From Basidiobolus meristosporus CBS 931.73 (Eukaryota; Fungi; Basidiobolomycota), in NCBI GenBank assembly GCA_002104905.1, contig MCFE01000311.1, forward strand, positions 1 through 64,000: a stretch of DNA of 64,000 bases, in the 5' to 3' direction. Positions 38,891-53,237 of this stretch are shown here, piece after piece (within the stretch, counting starts at the first letter, position 1; each line of letters starts with the position of its first letter). A model generated the notes under the pieces. That model was given only the letters and a program-made list of their open reading frames with translations. It searched no databases and was not told where the DNA came from. Made by a program: the position numbers and the translations under genes.

Positions 38891-41399
38891 TGATTGTGCA
38901 TTTCTGGCATAAATTTGGTATTTTGATTGACTTAATCACTTGGACCCCTGCAAATAAGCTTGATGGAATTCTCTCCAAATATCTAGCAGGGAATGTGATG
39001 ATTTCATGGAGTTGTCCAATGCTCAGAAGAAGGAAATCGCTAGGGCCAATCAACAGATCCAAAACTTTACACATATGCACTTATAACCATCAAAATGTTG
39101 TACAAACCTGTAATTCCGCCTAAATATTCACATGGACTAGTCACTTGATTATTACTAACAGATATTACTAAATACTGACCAAATTTGCTGTTGGGATTAC
39201 TTTAAATATCTTCACCCAAACACCAGATACCCACAACATGAGGATTATTATAGTTGTTCAAACAGCCCTAAGCTTTACACACATGCTCTTGGGACCTTCC
39301 TAAATCTTATTCTACATGTTTATTATGCCAAGACCATGTAAAAGTATAAATACCACATTTACACTCAAAAATCATTGAGTGAAAACCACGTAATCTACTT
39401 ATTCTCCCAATTACTTCCAATATCTCCCAGACTCTTACAACAGGTTATGAACCCTAAGCTTTCACTCTCAGCAAAGTCTACAACTGCTATTATGGGTGTT
39501 TTTCCCTCTGCTGAAAAGTCTGATGGAACTAACTAAGAAGTTTGGAAGGTGAAGATGAAGATACTGCTATAGGAAGGAGGCCTTTGGGATATTATTATAG
39601 GAGAAGAATACCCTCCTGAAAACACAGGAGAGTATACCTTAAAGTACCAGAAGAAAGAACAAAGTGCATCTAATTGTATTTGCCTTGGTGTTAAAGTCAA
39701 ATTGCTAATTCAATGCTCAAGAGCAAAAGCAGCAAAGAATGCCCAGAAGCCATTAAAAGACACCAACTAGTTATCTTTAGCTGCTAAATGTATCTTATAC
39801 AAGAACTTCCTACTACAAATATGTTGCCAGTAGAAGAAATGAAAAATCTAATCAACAGAATTATCCTGTTGGTTGTTGAGACAGGATTAATAGGCTTACC
39901 AACTACTGATGAAGATGTGATAGCTACCATCCTAGATAGCCTGACAGACAGGTTTCAGGGTTTTGTATTAGCCCTAGAGTCCAGACCTGAAGATTTGACT
40001 GTAAATTATGTATCTGGAAGGCTCCTGGATTAAGAATTAAGAAAATTAAGTGCTAGTAAGTAGGAAGAAAAAAAGGTTTAATAAACAATGTTGACAAACA
40101 GAAGTCCCTTCAAAGGCAGCAGCAACCTGTCTTGCAGCTACTGCAAGAGGAAAGGACACCCATCAGACTGGTGCCTCAAAAAGAGAGATAATCAGCAGAA
40201 AAGCTTGAATAAAATATTTTGCAACTGCTGAAGACAAACCATTTGTATTTGCACTAAATATGACAACCAACAAGTATTATCAGTTGTGGTACATTGACTC
40301 CAGAGCATCTCACCACTTTGACCACCAATAAGAGCTTTTTACTCAATATCAAGATGTTCTAATCAAGAAGGGTTTCAAGGGTGTCAATAGAACACTTGAT
40401 GCCATTGGAGAAGAAACATTCAAGTGAACCTCAGAAGCAGTGGAGGAAGCAACACACTTATCTTCAAAGAAGTACTCTATATACCAGAAATAGCAAAGAA
40501 CATACTATCTTCAAGCAAGGCCACAGCAAAATGGTTCAGCATCAGTTTTGACAATTCTGGATGCTGGATCACAGATCAAAATGACAACAATATTGCTTTG
40601 GGTATCAGAGATCAAAATATACAAAAATTGACCTACACTCCATCATATCTGGAAGCTAATATAGGTAACTTAACTATAGAAATGCCAATGCTTTGGCACA
40701 CAAGATTTGGACACATCAGCTTTGATTTTTTGTGCTAAATGATCAAAGATCAGCCAATTTCCAGAGTAAATTGATCCCCCAGCTAATTTGTAGCATTGTA
40801 AAGCCTGCATATATGGGAAGCAAGCCATATAAGCATTCAAGAGCTCTGGGCTAATCAAAACTAAAAATATTTACATCTAATGCACTCAGATCTGTTTGGA
40901 CCTATGAAAAATTTATCATCAGGTGAGATGAGGTATTGAATCACTTTTATGGATGAATGTACAAAATACATGTTGGTCTCCTTCATAGAGAGAAATGCAG
41001 AAGCTCTGCCTAGGTTCAGGGAGCTGGAAGCTATAGTTGAGTGAGAAACTGGTGAGAAAATCAAGTAGTTGTGCTCCAACAATGGTGGAGAATATATGTC
41101 AAAACTCTTCATCAGCTTCTACAAAACTCAATGGATAAAGCAAGAGACTACTGTACCATACTCCTCACAGCAAAATGGAGTGGCAGAAAATGCAAACAGA
41201 TCAATAATTGATATGGCAAGGTCTGTAATCCATGCTTAAATTTTATCCTCTGATTTTGGGCAGAATCAGTTACCATGGCTGCAAACCTTCAGAATAGGAG
41301 TTTTAGCAGAATACTTTGTGATTCTACTCCATTTGAAGCATGGTATGTAAACAGACCAAATGCATAACATCTAAGGATATTTGGGTGTATAGCAAATGC

Positions 41400-42369
41400 C
41401 AAAAAACTGCGGGAAATCAGACAAAATTTGTGCTAAAAGTAATGCAAAGTTGGGTGGGGTGCAACAAGCAATTCATTTTTATTAGCAAATTCTACCAAAG
41501 TATGCCAAGTTTCTCTTGGTCACAAGTCAATTTCTACACCATTCAATACAGAACTCACACAAACAAGAGCTGGAGCACATCCATAAGGGGGACTAGAATT
41601 CAGCAGGGAGAAGTAAAATATTAGCTAAATACTAGAAAGTACTTTGCAGATATTCAGGAGGTACTCATGACAGAAGTGGAGGCAACCAAGCATATGGTGG
41701 CAAGATGTATATATTAAAAGCAATACATGGTATATGGCAACTTTGCAAGTATCACACTAAAAAGCCATAAAATTCAAGTGATAGAAGTATGTAAATTGCA
41801 GCAGGTGGACATGTTTGCGGAGGTTAGTAAGCAGGAGGCCATAGACTTTTTTTGGTTCAAACTAAATGTGGAATACCCAAGGTAGTAGTGGGTAAGCAAA
41901 TAAAGAGGGGTGATTTTACAGCAGAATATATGAATTGCACAAGGGGAGGTAGAAAAGGGAAATACCATTTGGTAAATTGGAATGGTAGCATTTTACAGAA
42001 CTAGCTGTAGGCCATCACGCTGTTCTGATGATGTCATCAGAGGCTTGTAATGAGGCTGTTAAAACACTGTCAAGTTTTTGCCATGTAAGGCAAATGGATG
42101 TACTGGCCACTTAGATCCACTCAAATAGTTGTAGAGTGCATTAAGACCATAACAATGCCATGCAAACCTTGGCAAAACACTGTACAAACACTGCCATTTT
42201 TTTAACTTTATTTGGCAGTAAAACCTGCCAAACGCTGTTGTGATCCCATCACAAGATTGTGTAGAGGATCATTTATTCCAAGTTGCCAGCATTATGATGG
42301 TCTCCTGATGGGGTTCTGACAGCTGATCTGGATTGGATTCACCAGTGGGACCAGTGATTATGCATAGGG
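41400..42369 (+). mobile_element. 3' fragment of the CCCTATG/CATAGGG (CACTA/CMC-like) family inside the Copia integrase region
   Basis: Collinear with 58610-59577 and ending in the same CATAGGG terminus at 42369. Confidence 0.8.
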
Positions 42370-42784
42370 ATTTATCAATGAGGGTACAAATTTATCCTAT
42401 ACCTTTTCAGTCCATATTGATGAGCCCAAGACTGTAAAAGAGGCTCTAAATAGCCCTCAAACAAAGTTTTGGAGATCTGCAATGACTGAGGAGTATCAGA
42501 CCTTAATAGAGAATCAAACTTAGGACTTATTCAAACCAAAATCAATCTAATGAAGATGGGTCTTTCAGAAAAAATATAAGGCTGATGGTAAAATTAAAAG
42601 ATATAAAACAGGATTTGTAGTCAAAGAATAGCTGCACACAAAGGGACTTGTCTATACTGAGACCTTAGCACTGGTGGCCAAGTTTAATTCTATCAGATTA
42701 ATATTGGTATTTGCAGCCAGTTATATGTTTTTTATACATCAAATGTATGTAAAGACTGCATTTTTGAATGGAGCACTTGATGAG

Positions 42785-42972
42785 TGTTCAAAAGCCCCCA
42801 AACTTTGCGCACATATTCTTGGGACCTTCCTTAACAAATTCTACACATCTGTTTGCTCTACTTTATCAAAAGTATAAATACCATACTTTTGATCAATAAA
42901 TCTACAAGTGAATAACATGTAAATCCTCTAGCTCTCCACATCACTTCCAATACTTCTCAGAATATTGCAACA
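42785..42972 (+). mobile_element. 3' part of a family-1 LTR at the deleted RT/RNase H junction
   Basis: Matches LTR 39245-39442 and ends ...GCAACA. It sits between AFLNGALDE and the RNase H start. Confidence 0.7.
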
Positions 42973-44899
42973 CTTATAAGGATTTAAAACCAGATTTAGT
43001 GGGATACTCTGAAGCCAATTGGGGACAAAATATTGAAGACAGAATATCCACTGTAGGATATACCCTTCTTTACTTTAAAATAGCAATTTCATGGAACTTA
43101 AAAAAGAAACCAATTGTAGCATTTCCTGCCACAGATGCAGAGTATATTGTAGTCTCAGAAGCTGCAAAAAAAGCAGAGTGGTTAAAAACCTTCTTGAAGA
43201 CAGGGGATTATTTCAAAAAATGTCTATACCTTATTTCAGGATAACTAGGAAGAAATCTAACTTTTCATGCTAGAACTAAGCACATAGATGTTGAGCATCA
43301 CTTCTGGTGTGAAGCTATTGAGAAAAGCTTTGTTGCCTTAGTTGATTGTTTCTCAGAACAAATGATTGCAAATATATTTATGAGACATTAGCAAGAGACA
43401 AATTTGAATATCTTGGGTAAAAATTAAGACTAGTCAGTACCAATATTTAGTTGAGTGGAAGTATTGATAAGTTTGTGATTCTACCTAAATACTCACCCAG
43501 CTTGATCACTTAGATCATTACTTACAAATATTGGAGAAAACTGACCAAACTCCTTGTGGGATTTACTTACTATACTCTCAGCAAATCACCAGGTACCCAG
43601 AACATGAAAATTTGCATAGTTAGCCATATAGCCCCAAGCTTTGCACACATGCTCTTGTGATCTTCCTAAACATACTTGCATGCTTGCTATGCCCATATCA
43701 TGTAAAATTATAAATACTACTTAATATTTAATAAAATAATAGGTAAGAACCACAAAATCTACATGTTATGCCAATATCTTCCAGTATCACTAAGACTCTT
43801 ACAACACAAGAGCCAAATTGTCTAGTTTTTGTAGGGAGAGCTCTAAGTTATCAAGCTGTCAAGAGAGCTTTGAAGATTTTGGAAGCAATTGCCAGAGCAA
43901 GTTGATTATGTGGTCTTTGCTGACTGATTTATTGATTGTGAAGTAGAATTAATACTGTCATGTGCTCATTTTAAATAAGCATGAAGAGTATCTCTCATCA
44001 GCGTCTCAGTAGCATTTAGGCAAAGATTTGGACTACTTGGATAACATGAAGCTTTTCCAAGTCCTGTGTGCCTAATATTCTGATGAAAATATCCATTGAA
44101 TTGCTCCAAAGCTGTTAGCAATAATTCTCCAGAGCATTTGGACTAAGGTCTATGTGCCTGAGTCAAATGGATAAATATATGTAATTGCAAGACTAGTAAC
44201 TCTCCCACTCATCTCAAACACACACTGACCAGGCCTGATATCAAATCTGCCTCTAGCTAAAGGTTTTATATATATATTTGCAGATACTTCATTAATAAGA
44301 GGGTAAGTCAAGTTAGCTAGGTAATCCTCTTTAGCTTCCTGCTCCCTATGTAAGGTAATTGTGGTGCTCCCATCACAAGACTGTCACAGAATTTAAGCTC
44401 TGAGAGCAAGAGGTACTGATCCTGTCAGCACTCCATGCAATGAATGCTGAAGAAAACTGCACCTCAGATTTCACAAAAAACTTGGTCAAGATTTTCCATT
44501 ACAACAGTACATAAGTGGCTTTTGATTGGTTCTCAGCCAATTCTCTCACTCTTTGTTCCCCGACACTCAATCACCTCCTACAATTGTATACATTAATAGG
44601 CTATTGCCCCTTTTTCACACTCCTTACTTCCTGACTTGGCCAATGTCCTTACTTTTCATGCATATTAGCTGGTTTGTATCTCTTTAATCTTCAGTTGTAA
44701 CTTGATTACCAACTGTAGTGACCTACACAAGTCCCTATACCCAACACTAACATTTAGCCCAACCTCACACTCAGTAAGATAATCCATCAAGATCCACAAT
44801 TCAATAATTATATCTGCCAATACACCTGTTGTCCAATACTTTGGTGGGAGCCATGCAGCTTTGAGCCATTGTTTATTCACAGACTTCCATATGTCCTGG

Positions 44900-45597
44900 T
44901 GTTGTGCATCGATATTTAAAACTTAGTCAATTTCACTCTGTTAAAAAATCTAGCACCCTAACTGATTCTCCCTAACCCAAACATAGCTAATCCCTGTTAT
45001 GGTTTATTTTATCACTTCTCAGAATTCATTTTAGCTGTCACACCTGATAAATTCTCATGTGGCCATTACATCCTCAACTAATCTGCTAATCCTTTCCAAG
45101 TGATTAGTCATCTGAGATTTATTCAACCACTTAGCAATTGCCAAGACATCAGCTGATCAATGATGAAATTTTTCATTTAGTTTATGCACCTATAAGCACC
45201 TTGACAGATTTCAATTAGTCCAGTCTCTTGACACATACTGATTCAACCTGATCAGAAAAGTTTAAATAAAGCTTACTGAGCCTTTTAGTTTAGTGTGTGT
45301 CTCAACAAAATTAAGATTGTGTTTCCGCAAAACTAAGAATTCAACAATTCTGTTCTAGTTTCTACCCAAGCCTAGCATATCTTGCATACCCAAGAACATC
45401 AAGCCTAGCCTGCATGGCAATCCAAATCTGTTGCCTTTATAGCCCAACTTGGCTATATACAAGACTTATATTATACCAGAACCTTTCTGCTAATATTTTT
45501 ATCACTCTTGACAATTCTAAGACTGTGCACTTAGTTGTCACTTGGGTTCAGCTAGCTCATTCAAGAGTTTTATTACACTTTTCCCCTGGACATAACA
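44900..45597. mobile_element. Solo LTR (family 2), 698 bp, 5-bp TSD CCTGG
   Basis: TGTTG...ATAACA termini; CCTGG at 44895-99 and 45598-602. Confidence 0.82.
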
Positions 45598-47170
45598 CCT
45601 GGTCTTCAACTGGCACTGCATGATCATATACCTCCTCTGCCAGTCTTTGCAATAGGTCCTTGCAATATGCAAGTGTGAATTCTTGCAAACTGCTCTTGAG
45701 CAAGTGTGACAACCTGTTCTCTACCGGCTATTGCCACAAAGCTCCACTGTGGGCATTATGGTACTCTTTGAAGCTGTTAATGTTGTTGCTTTGTCTGTCA
45801 GTGGGCTCTCAGTTTTGTCTACAATGTAGGATGTCAACGAGTTGATTGAAAAATTGCTTTGCTCTGCATACCCATCTCTCACATGGATACATAGCTCTAC
45901 ATGTTGCGGCTCCAACTACTGAGTAAACAGCTAATTTCTTCTGCTAATTCTTATCAGCTAATTTTGGATTCACACTGTTGCTGACTTATTGCAAAGATTG
46001 GTGAGGACAGCAGCCATTTTCTTACACCTCCCTGTCTCTGGTTTTGGTAGACTTCTTTTCCTTTCTGTTGCCTTTATCACTGCCTGGTCTTTCACTAATG
46101 CTTTGTCTGAGGGCTTCCTGTATTGAACTACATTTTCTCTTTGATCAATGATGCACTGGTATTGTGCATCAACATTTAAAACTTGGCCTATTTTACTCCA
46201 TTAAAAACTCTAGTACCCTAGCTGATTTTCCCTCACCCAAACATAACTAATCCCAGGAATGGTTTATTTTATCACTTCTCAGAATCTATTTTTAGCTGTC
46301 ACTCCTGATCAATTTTCATGTGGCTATTACATCTTCAACTGATCTGCTAGACCTTTCCAAGTGATTAGTCATCTGAGATCCATCCAACCAGTTAGCAGTT
46401 GCCAAGACATCAGCAATTAATGATGCAATCTCTCATCTATCTTATACACCTATGAACACACCAACAGATTTCAATTAGTCCAGTCTCTTAATGCTTACTA
46501 ATACAACTTGATCAGAAAAATATAAAAAAAGTTTACAAAACCTTTTAGTTTAGTATGAGTCACAACAAAATCAAGATTGTGCTTCAGTAAAATTAAGAAT
46601 TCAACAATTCTGCTCTAGTTACCACCCAAGCCTAGCATATCTTGCACTCCCAAGGAAACCAAGCCTAGCCTGCATAGCAAACCAACTCCCTATGAAAAAT
46701 TATTGAGATGATCCTGTCAAAAGGCTGTCACAAAGGTGAATTCCCATCACTAAGAGGTACTGATCTTTTCAGGACACCATCCAGAGACTGTTGAAAAATA
46801 ATCTACCCCAGATTTCACAAAAAACTTTGTCAAAATTTTTCATCACAACAATGTATAAGTGGCTTTTGATTGGTTTCCTGCCAATTTGCTCACTTTCTAA
46901 TCCTGGACACTCTGTTGCCTGCTATGTTTGTGTGCATTGATTGGCTATAGCCTCTTTTTCACACCCCTTACTTCCTGATTCAGCCATTTCTCTTACTTTT
47001 CATGCATACAAATTGATTTATTTACATTGAAGCTTTGGTTGTACTCTAATTGCCAATTGTATTAACCTATACAGGTTCCTATACCCTGCACTCACATGAA
47101 GCCCAACCCCACACACAACTAGTAACTCCATCAAAATCCACCACTCAATAAGTATTTCTGCTGTAATGCT

Positions 47171-48753
47171 CTAGTTCCACAGCTTTGGCGGGAACCCAAT
47201 GGCTTTATGCCACTTTTCAGTTACTGGTTCCCATACATCCTGGTCTTCAGCCAGCACTACAAGGTCTAGCACCTTATCTGCCAGTCTTTGCAATAAATCC
47301 TTGCAATATTCCAGTGCATTTTCTTGAGCACCCCTCTTGAAGAAGTGCTGCAACCACTTGGTGTGCCAATTAATGTGCCAAAACTTCACTAAAGGCATTG
47401 TGATAGTCTTTTGAGCTCTTGACATTATAGCCTTGTCTGTCAGTGGGATCTCCACTCTGTCAACAATGTAAGATATGGAGGCTGTGGTAGACAAATTGCC
47501 TTTTTCAACAAACTCATCTACCTTGCTGGAGTGAAGTTTAACTGGCTGCACTTCCAGCTCTTGTGAAAACAGCTGTTTTTGTGTTGCTAATTCTTCTTGG
47601 TTATGATGGGATTCAGTCTGTTCCTGGCTTGCAGCATTAATTGGCAAGTACTGCAGTTTTTTTTGCATGCCTCCCTGTCTCAGGCTTGTATAGACATTTT
47701 TCCCTTTACCTTTTCCTTTATCACTGCCAGGTCTTTCACTGCTACTTTGTCTCAGTGCTTCTTGCAAAGAACTACTTTTTCTCCTTGGTAATTCTGCTCT
47801 GATGCATCTGTTTAGGTCTGCTTGTCCCTTGCTGGCACTCTTCTGGCAACCCAACATTTCTTTTCCACTTGTTTTGAGCTCTGAACCAAAGTTATGATGG
47901 GTACCTGTAAAAGCTGCTAGTTTTTATCACTGCCAGGCCCTACACTGCTACTTTGAATGGGTGCTTCTTGAGTATTACTACACTTTTTCCTTGATAATTG
48001 TTGTGATGGTGCATCCCTGTCTGTCTGCTTGTCCCTATTTGGCACTCTTCCAGCTTCCTGACATCTCTTTGACACTTGTCTGGAGCTTTCAGCTTTGCTT
48101 GTAATGGGCTCTCAAGGAAGCCACTGGTTTTTAGCCATAACACCCGTGTTCTTCTGCCTGTGATAGTTTCTGCAATTCTTAAGATACTTTGTTAGCATAC
48201 CAATGCTGGCCCAAAATCCATCTGCCCATTTGAATCTAGGATAATGCTCATGGACCAAGTCAAGTGCATTCTGCTTGGCCTTGAGTTCCTGATGGTCCCA
48301 TGGTATGCTGGCCTTAAGGTGGTGGCATGCTAGACTTCTAACAGCCTCTTGTATATTACTGTTGTTGTGCTTTAAAGACTGTACAATGTTCCTCTGCTGT
48401 TACATTGGGAAATGACTCAATTCTTGGCTGTAACATTGAGCTACTTGAGTTCCTTCTTTGCAGCAAAGATACTGCTTTCTCTACCTGGAATATTGATTGC
48501 TCTACATATGTTATCTGCTCATCCTGTTTCTGGACTATTTATGATTTCTCTGGGTCATTGCATCTATCCTATCAGCTGCTAGACCTAATTGCTTCATTAA
48601 TGCTTTGGTACGAGCTGACAGCATACTTGCTAATATGAGTGGTGGTGATGTTATGATAGCCACTTGCTGGTCTTCAACTGAGGGTACAGTGTTTGCTTCA
48701 TTCTCATCTGCCTGAGCATAATGGTCAGCTTGTGGCTCTGCAGAGGTACTCAA
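47171..48753 (-). pseudogene. Decayed accessory (non-transposase) ORF of the CCCTATG element
   Basis: Stop-interrupted frames including the 228-aa ORF 47171-47857 and ...VHEHYPRFKWADGFWASIGMLTKYLKN.... A homologous decayed copy lies at 45603-46150. Confidence 0.5.
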
Positions 48754-51700
48754 TTACCTACTTGACTGAGAGCCTGAGGAGTCTGCATTATTACCTTCAG
48801 TGGGCACAGTGTTAACATGGCCTTTTTTGGATGTAGCCCTGCTTGTTGCACTGAATGTCAAAGCAAACTGTTGTCCAACCATTTTTCTGTTGCCCTCAGT
48901 GGTGGGGTTTGGTTAAACACCAGACAGCTTTGCTCTATTTTTTGGCGGCATATATATGGAAGTAGGTCAAACCAAAGGGGAAATAGTGTTACATATACAT
49001 GTGTAGGTGGCACCACAACCTTATTTATAATGCTTAATATGGCAGGTCATCAATGAATCTTACATTCACGTAGGTGTAATTTCTCAAATATAAGATTGTC
49101 TTAAGTTCCCATGAGTATTAACCAAAAAGTGATATAATAGCATTATGTTGTTGAAGGTCAAACTGTTTGCCCCATGGATAAGACTACTTTGACTCAACAC
49201 TGTAAGAGGAGAGAAAAAAGACCATGTGGCTATTAGACTTGCTCCATTGTACTGTGCCAGGGTGCGTGGCACAATCTGCAGTCACTAAGATCAATCAAGC
49301 GCAATAATGTAGCTACCAGTAGGCAGGATTGCTCTTGGACAATTTTGCACCATGTGGGACAATGTAGCACACTATGGCACAATCTGACACAATGAGGTTG
49401 GCACAAATGATTGTGCCCACTTGTAATGTTTGCTTCACATGCGCAATTGGATGCCGCTATTATGGTAGGTAAAATCCAGTATTTGGATATGCTTCTTTAA
49501 TGTAAATGGAAATATATACATATCACTCTAGAAACTACACTGATACTTACCATTTTGGCTACCATCACTCCAATTGGATGGTATCTCAGTGGTTAACTGG
49601 TCCAAAAGTATCCTGAAGCTGTCAGCCCCAATTGGCTCTTTGACCAATACACAAGCTACGTGATTTGATATCAAATATCCTATTTTGCCCATTGAGCAAG
49701 TAAATCCCTGATCCTAGTGATTGGACAAGGTGTCATAGCTAGCATGCAACCAGTTGTATGGGTGCAAATCAGATCAAATGGCTGCACTGGTGCCACAGAT
49801 GATGTAAACATATGCAGGGTGTTTATATATAGGGGTCCTGTCTCAAATGTGAGACAACCTTGATATTGCTTATATCAAAAGTTTAGTGATCACTGATTTG
49901 CAATGGCTCAACGTGAATTGCAAATAAATGTGTTGTTTGGATCACTACAAATAATAGCTATTCAATGCAATCACATCATCTTTTCCTAGGCTTTTTTCTC
50001 ACAGGGATTACTACTGAAGCATTTGGTAGTGATTCACTTTGCACACCTAAACTTCTTTCTTGTTAACTATCCTCTTGGCTACCTGTGCATTTGTAATCAG
50101 TATTTTGCCTCCTAGTTGATGAGTGCAATGCTGCAGCTTGGCCATGCTGAATTGCTCCAGATGATGCAACAGAGCTGGCCTGCAGTGCTACGTGCTGATG
50201 TGCTCTTTTACTTACCAAAGGCTCTGGTGGTGGAGGCACTTCATGTGGGTCATCATTGGTCAGTTCACCAGAAGAAACTTGCAGATGGTCAGGTGTAATG
50301 GCAAGCATAGATGCAACTGACATGGCCCTTGGCTGAGTTCAATGTGATGCCACTTGTTGACGCAACTTGGCCTGCTCCAATGGACTTGTGTCTTTTTGAG
50401 TAGTTTGGTGGGTTCTGGTGGTTTTGCTCTGAAGCACATGCATTGACCCAATATGCATTGAGTCAATGCATGGCACTCTTGTGAAGGGTGTTGGTGTAGT
50501 TTGGACTGACATGCACTGGCACGCTGAAGTTGCAAGGGATGATAAGGAATCCAGCAAGGTATGCTGGCACATTCTAGACAATGTTACTTGCCGTTTGTAT
50601 TCTTCCTCTTGAAGCTCACCTCCTGATTCTTCAAGGTATTCACTTACCCTCTGTCTAATACTTTGTAACAGTTGCCTGGATGAGTCCTGTGTATATTGCT
50701 CTTGGAGGCCACTTAGCTCTACTAATATATCATGTAATACATTAGTCATTTGAGGCAAAAACTCATTCAAAATTGTCTTGGTTCCCAAAGTCAAGGCACA
50801 AACAAATGCATCCGGCCCGTACTGAGCAAATTGTGCGCAAAATTGTTGCCATACAGCTTCCTCATCAAATCCCCTCACTCTCAGCTCATTCTCAATTTTA
50901 ATACTTATCTTGTTATATATCTTCTTACATACATCTGCTGGCATCTTGATGTAGAACTGATGCCACAGCTTTCTACTTGGGTTCTTCCATATCTGTTGAC
51001 TCTCTGAGGTATCTAGTTTTGCTAGATTAATGAGTAGTGCCCAAACATCTGTATGAAGGCTCATCATAGTTGAGTTTTCCATATATTATGCATGATGCAT
51101 CTTGGATTGCATTGACACCAACCAGATCATATCAATTGCAGATTTCCTATTTGAATATAGACTTGTGAGTAAACATCAATAAAGTTACCCAGTCATTGTT
51201 AGAGGATGATTTTTGCAACAGAATGATGGGATACATGGCAATTGATGGAGATTCAATCATAATGCATGGAAAATCAGGTAAATAAAGCTGATTGTGCCAA
51301 ATTGATTCAAATCACCTCAGCCCAATCCTCCGCCAATTTTAATATAGCTTACTCATCTGAATGGTCCTTTCTCATCAGTCCCATCACTACCACCAGATTT
51401 CCATTTGACACACTAGAAGAGTTCTATACTAAGTACTGTGGACCATCTACCCCAATCTACTCAAGGAAATCCCTTGTTGAGCTTCTCTGGTATTACAAGA
51501 ACTATTGCCCTACAAGGTTTCATCCCACCATCCATGGCAACAAAAGTCCTAGAAGCTTTCATTCCCAGCTGACAGCAAAAGAGAACCACCTTGCAGAGGG
51601 TATGAATGACTTAGAGCAAGCTTGGAGTACTAGGTTCAGAAGCTCCAATAGACTTCTATATCCCAGAGTGATCAGCACCAGGTCCCATATAAGGAGTATT

Positions 51701-52352
51701 TTGGACATCTTCCCTGTCAGGATTAGCAGGCCTTCTAGAGGGCAGAGGCACTTTTATGCTGGCAAGTACAAGGCACACTGTGTGAAGTTTCAAGCACTGT
51801 CTGACATTGAGGGTAACATCATCTGGTTTAGTGGGCCATTTGCTGGAAGTAGGCATGACTAAGCACTCTGGGTAGCAAATCATCCAGAATTCAGTAGAGG
51901 GGAGAAATGTATGGCAGACTTAGCTTATGTAGGAGAGGATTGTCAGAGATTAGGATGTAATACAGCTTATAGAAAGCCAACAAATGGTGTGCTTAGCAGG
52001 AAGCAGAAGATCTACAATGAGATATTTAGTCATTTCAGAGTGAGGGTAGAGAATACATTTGGATATCTGAAGAGATTCAGCAAATTGGCAGGTAAATACA
52101 GAGGAAAGTCATATATAGGAGAAAACAGCAGAATAGGTAAAATAGTTAAGATACTTATCAATGCACAGTAGACTTGTTCCGTTGGATAGTGCCACATAGT
52201 GCCAGCCGGTTTATAGTGCTGGATCAATCTGGCACTCTACAGCACTACCCGGCACTATAATTTCTACCATGATGCCAGTGGTATGATACAGTTACTGGTA
52301 ATTTTACTCAATCTTACTTATGTTGCTCAGAATAGTGCTTTCCTTGCTTTAT

Positions 52353-53237
52353 TTATTCTTCATAATGCTCCAGACACATTTCTCTCAGTGGATGTCTTCT
52401 TGTATGAACATACCGTGCATTGATAAGTATCTTAACTATTTTACCTATTCTGCTGTTTTCTCCTATATATGACTTTCCTCTGTATTTACCTGCCAATATG
52501 CTGAATCTCTTCAGATATCCAAATGTGTGCTCTACCCTTACTCTGAAATGATTAAATATCTCATTGTAGAGCTTCTGCTTCCTGCTAAGCACACCATTCC
52601 TTGGCTTCCTATAAGCTGTAATACATCCTAATCTCTGACAATCCTCTCCTATATAGGCCAAGTCTGCCATACATTTCTCCCCTCTACTGAATTCAGGATG
52701 ATTCTCTACCCAGAGTGCTTTGTCATGCCTACTTCCAGCAAATGGCCCACTAAACCAGATGATGTTACCCTCAATGTCAGACAGTGCTTGAAACTTCACA
52801 CAGTGTGCCTTGTACTTGCCAGAATAAAAGTGCCTCTGCCCTCTAGAAGGTCTGTTAATCCTCACTGGGAAGGTATCCAAAATACTCCTGATATGGAACC
52901 TGTTGCTGAACACTCTGGGATATGGAAGTCTATTGGAGCTTCTGAACCTAGTATTCCAAGCTTGCTCTAAGTCATTCATACCCTCTGCAAGGTGGTTCTC
53001 CATTGCTGTCAGCTGGGAATGAAAGCTTCTAGGACTTTTGTTGCCATGGATGGTGGGATGAAACCTTGTAGGGCAATAGTTCTTGTAATAGCAGAGAAGC
53101 TTAACAAGGGATTTCCTTGAGTAGATTGGGGTTGATGGTCCACAGTACTTGGAATAGATCTCCTCCAGTGTGTCAAAAGGAAATCCAGTGGTAGTGATGG
53201 GATTGATGAGAAAAGACCATTCAGATGAGTAAGTCAT
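52353..53237 (-). CDS. DDE transposase (DDE_Tnp_4 / IS5-Harbinger-ISL2EU type), intact 294 aa
   Basis: ILDTFPVRINRP, FYSGKYKAHCVKFQ, SGPFAGSRHD, MADLAY, YNEIFNHFRVRVEHTFGYLKRF carry the D-D-E triad in family-typical context. Confidence 0.9.
   Translation of the reverse strand: MTYSSEWSFLINPITTTGFPFDTLEEIYSKYCGPSTPIYSRKSLVKLLCYYKNYCPTRFHPTIHGNKSPRSFHSQLTAMENHLAEGMNDLEQAWNTRFRSSNRLPYPRVFSNRFHIRSILDTFPVRINRPSRGQRHFYSGKYKAHCVKFQALSDIEGNIIWFSGPFAGSRHDKALWVENHPEFSRGEKCMADLAYIGEDCQRLGCITAYRKPRNGVLSRKQKLYNEIFNHFRVRVEHTFGYLKRFSILAGKYRGKSYIGENSRIGKIVKILINARYVHTRRHPLREMCLEHYEE

Larger units (their letters stand above)
39096..43806 (+). mobile_element. Decayed Ty1/Copia retrotransposon with both LTRs (39096-39442, 43462-43806)
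   Basis: ACA|GGTTATG PBS-type junction and a purine-rich PPT before the 3' LTR; TSD CAAAA/CAAGA. Remnant motifs: zinc knuckle CSYCKRKGHPSDWC, protease WYIDS, LWHTRFGH, integrase NGGEY/QQNGVAE, RT TAFLNG, RNase H GYSEANW/RTKHIDV. Many stops, and most of RT is deleted. Confidence 0.9.
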
